DNA of 64,000 nucleotides from Casimicrobiaceae bacterium (lineage in GTDB: Bacteria > Pseudomonadota > Gammaproteobacteria > Burkholderiales > Casimicrobiaceae), in contig DATBOK010000095.1 of the NCBI GenBank assembly GCA_036553845.1, positions 1,644 to 65,643 on the forward strand, given 5' to 3'. The notes under the pieces are model-generated. The model made no database searches. It saw only the letters and a program-made list of their open reading frames with translations, and was not told the DNA's origin. Shown piece by piece: positions 57,296 through 64,000 of this stretch; positions within the stretch are counted from its first letter, which is position 1; the number at the start of each line of letters is the position of its first letter. A program made the translations under genes and the position numbers.

Positions 57296-57766
57296 CTATT
57301 TCACTTCGAGGAGCTGGACGTCGAAAATCAACGTCGCGTTCGGCGGTATCACGCCACCCGCGCCGCGCTCGCCGTAACCGAGCGCGGCCGGTATGACGAG
57401 ACGCCGGGTACCCCCCACCTTCATGCCCACGACACCCTCGTCCCAGCCCTTGATCACCTTGCCTTCACCGAGGAAAAAGCCGAAAGGCACCTTGCGATCG
57501 AGCGAACTGTCGAATTTCTTGCCCTTGTGTTCAAGCGCAGCCGCGTCGTACAACCACCCGGTGTAGTGCACGACCACCACCTTGCCGCTTTGCGCCTCGG
57601 CGCCAGTACCTTCTTTTATATCGATTTTCTGCAATTCCTCGGGCATGGCATCCAATTTGCTGTTACTCCCTGCGGGCAATGTCGGATTTTGTGCGATGAC
57701 GGGCGCTGCAAGGGCTGCGATCGCGACGAACAGCATGGCTGCGAGAATATTCAAGGGATGCGACAT
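57296..57766 (-). CDS. FKBP-type peptidyl-prolyl isomerase (exported; start uncertain)
   Basis: VHYTGWL, KFDSS, VIKGWDEG and IPPNATLIFDVQLL. Confidence 0.93.
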   Translation of the reverse strand: MSHPLNILAAMLFVAIAALAAPVIAQNPTLPAGSNSKLDAMPEELQKIDIKEGTGAEAQSGKVVVVHYTGWLYDAAALEHKGKKFDSSLDRKVPFGFFLGEGKVIKGWDEGVVGMKVGGTRRLVIPAALGYGERGAGGVIPPNATLIFDVQLLEVK

Positions 57767-57981
57767 TGTGGTCAGGGAAAGATTCGGGAAAAGGGCAACC
57801 AACGTTGCTGGACACTACAAACAAGGGGATTCACATCAATTGTAAAGGACGCGACGGGGTTTTGCGCCGCCAAGGGAATTGGGCTATAAACATCGTGCCA
57901 GTTTCCGCGCCGCCGGGCAGCCGCGCACGCATGCATGCGCATCCCTCTCGCTGCCCGCAGCACGCTTGCAACAGGTTCTGA

Positions 57982-59676
57982 ATGTTCGGTTTCCTCACAT
58001 CCTCGACCAAGGAAGTCGCCGACCCGCTAGTGTCGACGAAAACCGCGTCCGCGTGGCTGCGCCAGCTTCCCGCGCTCGACGTGATCGGCCGCCAGCAGCA
58101 CGTGATGCGCGCGTTCGAGTCGATGCGCCAGTCGCGCTCGCCGGTCGATATCGGGCGCGCGAGCGCGATCCAGTTCCTCGATTCCGCGCTCGGCACGGAC
58201 CGCCGCCAGCTCACCAAGCAGTACGTCGAGAACGTCGATGCCGGGCCGAAGCTCTCGGTGCGCATCTGGCAGGCGCTGTTCGACCTCACCCAGGGCTTCA
58301 TCTTCGCCTACCAGGTGGTGCTCGACGAGGCGATCAGGCAGCAGGCCAATGCGCGCTGGAAGCCGATGCTGCCGCTGTTGTTCGCGCGCCTCGTCCACTA
58401 TTACGGCACCGACGCCAAGTTGCGCGTCGCGCGCTACGAGCGCTGGATCCCCGCGAAATGGATGGAGCTGCACCGCACGTACCTGCGCGCAAGCGAGCTC
58501 GGCATCGAGCGCATCCCGGTGGCACTCGGCGTGGCCAACGCCAACACCGCGCAATGGACGGTTGAGCAGGAATACCTGTTCGCGTTGCTGATCCACCAGC
58601 TCAACACCGGCAACCTGTCGCCGGTGGAGCTCGACTGGGGCTCGGCGCAGCTTCGCGCCTGGAGCCGACGCCTCGTGCTCGAGTCGGTGCCGACCTCGCC
58701 GGAAGGCTACTTCGTCGACGTCGCGGGCAAGTCGGGCCTCACGCGGCGCACCGGCAACGATTCGGGATCGATGCTGCGCTACCTCGACACCACGCCGATG
58801 GCCGAGCCACTCGACCGCGCGATAGCGGCGCTGCGTCAGGCCGAGGAAACCGACCAGGGACCGGCGACGTCGATCAACCCGCTGCGCATCGCGATCCTGG
58901 AGAAGATCCGCCCGGCGATCGCGCCCAACGTCAACACCGACTTCCGTCGCGATCCGCGAATCGCCTGCGCCGTGCCGGCGCGCGTCCGCGTGGGCTTGTC
59001 GCGCATCGCGCGCGACCTCGCCGCCAAGGACTACCCGGAGACGCCGGAATCGGCGCACGGCCACGAACAGATCGAGGTGTACGCGGTGGCCGATTCGCCG
59101 CGTCCGCGCAAGCGCGTGCCGGACGAGCACGACTCGCTGGCCGCGAGCCTGTCGTCGTTCTCGAATCCGCAGTGGCAGGTCAAGGACCGCAGCGTCGCCG
59201 GCCTGCGCATCGCCGCGTCGGGCGGCATCGGCCAGACGCTGACGCTCGGGGCGCTGGTCGCCGTGCGCCAGTCCGACGTGTCCGAGTGGGTGCTGGGCGT
59301 CGTGCGCCGCCTGAACAAGGTCTCGACCGAGGACGTCGAGGCCGGCGTGTCGATCATCGCCGACCGCGTCGTCGCGGTCGCGCTGCATTCGCGCCGCGAG
59401 CCGAAGGACGACATGAGCTTCATGGTCAACGGCATCGACGTGTCGACGATGGGCGCGCGCTTCGACGGGCTCTACCTGCCGCCGCCGTCGCGGCCCGACA
59501 AGCCGCTCGCGGTGAAGACGCTGATCGTGCCGACGCAGGAGTACTCGGAAGGCCGCCACATCATCCTCGGCACCGGCCGGTCGATCTACACGGTGGCGCT
59601 GCGCCACCTCGTCGAGCAGCGCGCCGAGTGGTCGTGGGCGGCGATCCAGATCATCGAGAAGAAGCCGCGGGAATAG
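57982..59676 (+). CDS. Hypothetical protein: helical N-terminal region plus C-terminal PilZ-like barrel
   Basis: 564-aa ORF with host-like codon usage. Contains RRDPR (RxxxR) and DRSVAG (DxSxxG). Confidence 0.65.
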   Translation: MFGFLTSSTKEVADPLVSTKTASAWLRQLPALDVIGRQQHVMRAFESMRQSRSPVDIGRASAIQFLDSALGTDRRQLTKQYVENVDAGPKLSVRIWQALFDLTQGFIFAYQVVLDEAIRQQANARWKPMLPLLFARLVHYYGTDAKLRVARYERWIPAKWMELHRTYLRASELGIERIPVALGVANANTAQWTVEQEYLFALLIHQLNTGNLSPVELDWGSAQLRAWSRRLVLESVPTSPEGYFVDVAGKSGLTRRTGNDSGSMLRYLDTTPMAEPLDRAIAALRQAEETDQGPATSINPLRIAILEKIRPAIAPNVNTDFRRDPRIACAVPARVRVGLSRIARDLAAKDYPETPESAHGHEQIEVYAVADSPRPRKRVPDEHDSLAASLSSFSNPQWQVKDRSVAGLRIAASGGIGQTLTLGALVAVRQSDVSEWVLGVVRRLNKVSTEDVEAGVSIIADRVVAVALHSRREPKDDMSFMVNGIDVSTMGARFDGLYLPPPSRPDKPLAVKTLIVPTQEYSEGRHIILGTGRSIYTVALRHLVEQRAEWSWAAIQIIEKKPRE

Positions 59677-60236
59677 TGGCCGTCGCTGCGGCCGCGGCGT
59701 CGCCGCTGCCGTTCTTCACCATCGGACACTCGACGCGGCCCATCGCCGAGTTTGTCGACTGCCTGCGCGAATCCGCCATCGAGCTCGTGGTCGACGTGCG
59801 CACGGTGCCGCGCTCGCGCACCAACCCGCAGTACGACCGCGACGCGCTGCCGGCGACGCTCGATGCGTTCGGCGTCGGCTACGTGCACGAGGCCGCGCTC
59901 GGCGGACTGCGCCCGCGCTCGCGCGAGATCGCGCCGGATCGCAACGGATACTGGGAGAACGCGAGCTTCCACAACTACGCCGATTACGCGCTGTCGCCGG
60001 CGTTCGGCGAAGGCCTCGCGCGCCTGCGCACCCTCGGCCGGGCCCGGCGCTGCACGGTGATGTGCTCGGAGGCGGTGTGGTGGCGCTGCCATCGGCGCAT
60101 CGTCGCCGATTACCTCATCGTCGCCGGAGACGCCGTCGTGCACATTCTGGGGCGGGGCAAGGTCGAGCCGGCCACGCTGACGCCAGGCGCGGTGCCCGCC
60201 CGGGACGGCACCATCGCTTACCCGTCGCTGCTCTAG
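59676..60236 (+). CDS. DUF488 family protein
   Basis: FTIGHSTR, VDVRTVPRS, LGGLR and MCSEAVWWRCHRR. Confidence 0.9.
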   Translation: MAVAAAAASPLPFFTIGHSTRPIAEFVDCLRESAIELVVDVRTVPRSRTNPQYDRDALPATLDAFGVGYVHEAALGGLRPRSREIAPDRNGYWENASFHNYADYALSPAFGEGLARLRTLGRARRCTVMCSEAVWWRCHRRIVADYLIVAGDAVVHILGRGKVEPATLTPGAVPARDGTIAYPSLL

Positions 60237-60365
60237 GCCGCCCGCGAGACAGCGACGCGTCGGCGGTGGCGCGTCAGCGGCGCAGCGCAGGCGGCGGCGT
60301 GTCGACGATGACGCTCACCATCGGTCGCGCGGCAGCGCCTGCACGTGGCCGCGCGTTTCGCGGCG

Positions 60366-61232
60366 TCAGTCGCTGGGACGGAAGTGCAGCGACAGGCTGC
60401 GCTGGAACATCTCCGGCCGATCGGGCTTCGGCAGCGGCGACGACTTGAGGATCGCGCGCTGCACCGCGTCGTCGTAGCTCTTGACGCCGCTGGACTTGAC
60501 GAGGCGCGTGTCGATGATCTCGCCGCTCGGCAGCTGCACGACGTCGAAGATCGCCTCCGGATTGCCGGTGAGGTCGGGCGGCAAAATCACGTTGCCGCGC
60601 ACCTTGGCCTGGATGCGACGCACCCAGTCGTTCTCGGCGCTCTTGCGCGCCTCCTGCGCCTTCTGCGCGTTCGCTTCCGCCGTCGCCCGCGTCTGGCTCT
60701 CCTGCTCGGCCTGCTCGCGCATCTGCGCCATCATCCGCTGCTGGCGATCGCGCGCGTCGGCGGCCTTCTTCTCGTCGGCGCGCTTCTGCGCGTCCTGCTG
60801 CGCGCGAAGCTCGCGCTGCCGCGTCAGCTCGGCGATGCGCTTCTGCTCGTCGGCCTGCGCGCGCTGCTCGGCCTCGACGCGCCTGCGCCGCTCGGCCGCG
60901 GCCTTCAGCGCGATGTCGGCGTCGTGCGTGTCGGGCTGCGCCACCGGCGGGGCCGGGGCGGGCTCGACCTTGGGCACCGGTGCCGGTGGCGGGGGGGCCG
61001 GAGTCGGTTCGACCTTCGGCGGCGGCGCCGATTTCTGCGGCACCGGCGTCGGCGCGTAGAGCTCGGCGGTCACCGGCTCGGGCGCGACGCTGTGCCAGCG
61101 GATCGAGAAGATCAGCACGGCGAGGAACGCGAGATGGACGGCGATGGCGAGCGCGAGCGCGAGGCCGCGCCCGGGCGTGCGCAGGCGCGAGCGGATGGCG
61201 CTGCGCGGGTCGGCATTCATCGTCGCGGCCAT
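60366..61232 (-). CDS. tolA: Cell envelope integrity protein TolA
   Basis: TM helix with His, Pro-rich and charged helical linker, and TonB_C-like C-terminus (SSG..YD.AV.RAI). Downstream of tolR. Confidence 0.88.
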   Translation of the reverse strand: MAATMNADPRSAIRSRLRTPGRGLALALAIAVHLAFLAVLIFSIRWHSVAPEPVTAELYAPTPVPQKSAPPPKVEPTPAPPPPAPVPKVEPAPAPPVAQPDTHDADIALKAAAERRRRVEAEQRAQADEQKRIAELTRQRELRAQQDAQKRADEKKAADARDRQQRMMAQMREQAEQESQTRATAEANAQKAQEARKSAENDWVRRIQAKVRGNVILPPDLTGNPEAIFDVVQLPSGEIIDTRLVKSSGVKSYDDAVQRAILKSSPLPKPDRPEMFQRSLSLHFRPSD

Positions 61233-61233
61233 G

Positions 61234-61647
<414 letters not shown>

Positions 61648-61653
61648 CGCGGT

Positions 61654-62322
61654 TCAGCCCTGGCGTTGCAGGATGTTGGAGAATTCCTCGATGAACGTCT
61701 CGTAGCGGGTGGCGAGGCGGTCGACGTCGTGCGTGAAGCGGTTGTATGCGACCACGGCCGGGATGGCGGCGAACAGGCCGATGGCGGTGGCGATCAGCGC
61801 CTCGGCGATGCCGGGCGCGACCTGCGCCAGCGTCGCCTGGCTGACGTTGGCGAGGCCGCGGAACGCATTCATGATGCCCCACACCGTGCCGAACAGCCCG
61901 ACGTAGGGCGACACCGAGCCCACTGTGGCGAGCCCCGCGAGATGCGCATCGAGCGTATCGACCTCGCGCTGGTACGCGGCGCGCATGGCGCGGCGCGCCG
62001 AGTCGAGCGTGATCGGCGACGAGCTGCCCTGGCGGCGGTGCTTCGAGAATTCACGGAAGCCGGCGGTGAAGATGTGTTCCAGCCCGCTGCCGATCCTCGC
62101 CTGGCTCGCACGCTGGTAGATCTCGTTGAGGTCGCCACCCTTCCAGAAGTTCTCCTCGAACAGGTCGGCCTCGCGCGCGGACCGCTTGAGCTGGAACATC
62201 TTGAGGAAGATATGCCACCAGCTCCACAGCGAGGCGAGCACGAGCAGCGCCAGGATCCCCTGCACGACGACCGACGCCGTGACGATCAACGACAGGAACG
62301 ACAGATCGGGGTGAACGTTCAC
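61654..62322 (-). CDS. tolQ: TolQ
   Basis: SPYVGLFGTVWGIM and APGIAEALIATAIGLFAAIPAV. GTGA overlap with ybgC. Confidence 0.94.
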   Translation of the reverse strand: MNVHPDLSFLSLIVTASVVVQGILALLVLASLWSWWHIFLKMFQLKRSAREADLFEENFWKGGDLNEIYQRASQARIGSGLEHIFTAGFREFSKHRRQGSSSPITLDSARRAMRAAYQREVDTLDAHLAGLATVGSVSPYVGLFGTVWGIMNAFRGLANVSQATLAQVAPGIAEALIATAIGLFAAIPAVVAYNRFTHDVDRLATRYETFIEEFSNILQRQG

Positions 62323-62720
62323 GTGTGCGGCTCCAGCAGGTTTGCCGGCATCCGGCGCGGCTTGAAGGTGGTCCTGTCGACGCAGGCGAGCGTAATCGTC
62401 GCGGCGACGACGATTTCCTCGCCGCGACGGATGTCCTGGCGCGCGATGCAGCGCGCGCGCCCTTGCGGCACGACGTCGACGCCCACCGCCAGCAGGTCGC
62501 CGAGGCGCGCGGGCGTGCGGAACTCCACTTCCGCGCGCGTCACGACGAATACGATCGCATGGTCGCTTTCGAGTTCCGCGAGCGCCGGGCCGCGCGCGGC
62601 CAGCCACTCGGTGCGCGCGCGCTCCATGAACTTGAGGTAGTTGGCGGAGTACACGACGCCGGCGGCATCGGCGTCCTCGTAGTACACGCGCACCGGATGC
62701 GTGAAGGGCGCGCGCGTCAT
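62319..62720 (-). CDS. ybgC: Tol-pal associated acyl-CoA thioesterase
   Basis: [30 protein letters not shown]. Confidence 0.92.
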   Translation of the reverse strand: MTRAPFTHPVRVYYEDADAAGVVYSANYLKFMERARTEWLAARGPALAELESDHAIVFVVTRAEVEFRTPARLGDLLAVGVDVVPQGRARCIARQDIRRGEEIVVAATITLACVDRTTFKPRRMPANLLEPHT

Positions 62721-63763
62721 TCCGGCGCGAAGAGCTCGGCCGACGGTTGCGGCGGCGCGAGGCCGAAATGGCGATATGACAGGGCGGTGGCGATGCGCCC
62801 GCGCGAGGTTCGCTGCAGGTACCCCTGCTGGATGAGGAACGGCTCGAGAACGTCCTCGATCGTGTCGCGCTCCTCGCCGATCGCCGCGGCGAGGTTGTCG
62901 ACGCCGACCGGCCCGCCGTCGAACTTCGACAGCACCGTCTGCAGGAGCTTGCGGTCCATGACGTCGAGCCCCACGCCGTCGACGTCGAGCATCGACAGCG
63001 CGGCATCCGCAACCGCGTTGGTGATGGCGCCGTCGGCCTTCACCTCGGCGAAATCGCGCACGCGGCGCAGCAGGCGATTGGCGATGCGCGGCGTGCCGCG
63101 CGAGCGGCGCGCGATCTCGTGCGCGCCTGCGGGGTCGATGGCGATGCCGAGCAGCGCCGCCGAGCGCGTGACGATGCGCGTCAGCTCGTCGGCGTTGTAG
63201 AACTCGAGGCGGGCGACGATGCCGAAGCGGTCGCGCAGCGGATTGGTCAGCATGCCGGCGCGCGTCGTGGCGCCGACCAGCGTGAACGGCGGCAGCTCGA
63301 GCTTGACGCTGCGCGCCGCCGGGCCCTCGCCGATCATGATGTCGAGCTGGAAATCCTCGAGCGCCGGGTAGAGGATCTCCTCCACCACCGGCGACAGCCG
63401 GTGGATCTCGTCGATGAAGAGCACGTCGCGGGGCTCGAGGTTGGTCAGGAGCGCGGCGAGGTCGCCGGGACGCTCGAGCACCGGACCCGAGGTCTGGCGA
63501 AGGTTGACGCCGAGCTCGTGCGCGAGGATGTGCGACAGCGTGGTCTTGCCGAGACCCGGTGGACCGAACAGCAGCACGTGGTCGAGCGCCTCGCCGCGCT
63601 TCTTCGCCGCCGCGATGAAGATGCCGAGCTGGTGGCGGATCTTCTCCTGGCCGACGTATTCCTCGAGCGCGCGCGGCCGCAGCGAGCGCTCGAACTGCTC
63701 TTCCTGCACACCGATCGTGCGCCCGGTGACGACGCGGTTGAGCGGATCGCTTTCGATGGCCAT
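62717..63763 (-). CDS. ruvB: Holliday junction branch migration helicase RuvB
   Basis: [24 protein letters not shown] and [14 protein letters not shown]. Confidence 0.97.
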   Translation of the reverse strand: MAIESDPLNRVVTGRTIGVQEEQFERSLRPRALEEYVGQEKIRHQLGIFIAAAKKRGEALDHVLLFGPPGLGKTTLSHILAHELGVNLRQTSGPVLERPGDLAALLTNLEPRDVLFIDEIHRLSPVVEEILYPALEDFQLDIMIGEGPAARSVKLELPPFTLVGATTRAGMLTNPLRDRFGIVARLEFYNADELTRIVTRSAALLGIAIDPAGAHEIARRSRGTPRIANRLLRRVRDFAEVKADGAITNAVADAALSMLDVDGVGLDVMDRKLLQTVLSKFDGGPVGVDNLAAAIGEERDTIEDVLEPFLIQQGYLQRTSRGRIATALSYRHFGLAPPQPSAELFAPE

Positions 63764-63789
63764 CGCCGCACTCTACGCCACGCGTTGCA

Positions 63790-63999
63790 TCACGCCTTCG
63801 ACAGCGCTTTCAGGGCCTGGCGGATGCCATCGGCGAGTGCCACGTCGTCCGGCAGCGCGCGCACCGCGGCCGTCGCTTCCTTGTCGCTGTAGCCGAGCGC
63901 GAGCAGCGCGTGCAGCACGTCCGCTGCGGGCGGCGGCGCGCGATGCACGCCGACGGCTGCGGTGAGATCCACGCCGAGCTTGTCCTTGAGCTCGAGCAG
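63790..63999 (-). CDS. ruvA: Holliday junction branch migration protein RuvA (C-terminal part; 5' end outside the window)
   Basis: LLELKDKL...[11 protein letters not shown]...IRQALK, upstream of ruvB. Confidence 0.9.
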   Translation of the reverse strand: MLELKDKLGVDLTAAVGVHRAPPPAADVLHALLALGYSDKEATAAVRALPDDVALADGIRQALKALSKA

Positions 64000-64000
64000 G

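Noticed and set aside
57883-57901. Sigma54-like TGGCACGATGTTTAT on the minus strand upstream of FKBP; possible c-di-GMP riboswitch in the same gap
   Set aside because: The -12 GC is missing (TTAT instead of TTGC), and no GEMM riboswitch architecture is recognisable.

Overview
A 64 kb stretch of very GC-rich chromosomal backbone from a betaproteobacterium. Burkholderiales, possibly Casimicrobiaceae-like, is an inference from gene content such as Bug proteins, dksA-STAS-hslV and leuS-lptE-holA. About 62 protein genes and the RNase P RNA (rnpB) can be supported. Housekeeping loci: leuS-lptE-holA, rsmE, fabI, pyrC, dksA, sodC/sodB, hslU and hslV, a UbiH-family gene with dsbC, fpr, pepN, and ruvAB-ybgC-tolQRA. 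Accessory modules: an RpiR / class III aminotransferase / BKACE / TAXI-TRAP catabolic operon, a SorAB-type sulfite dehydrogenase, topoisomerase IB, a YbhGFS-like ABC exporter, and an SPFH-HTH / DUF4019 / Zn-ribbon operon. I saw no IS, prophage, CRISPR array, rRNA or tRNA. Best leads: (1) an operon of two tandem Bug receptors, a monomodular A-T-TE NRPS-like enzyme with an Asp235-less A domain and a Cys-nucleophile thioesterase, and a 99-aa deletion-derived 'A8 stub + carrier' paralog; (2) a 60-aa protein that is only a signal peptide, a 12-residue cargo and an IPTL-CTERM-type sorting tail; (3) a SodC-fold lipoprotein lacking most metal ligands; (4) three back-to-back long hairpins filling the fpr-pepN gap; (5) a leaderless RpiR promoter covered by tandem operators; (6) an apparent ~10.7 kb inversion separating hslV from hslU. 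All family calls come from motif recognition by eye, not database searches, and several start codons are best guesses.
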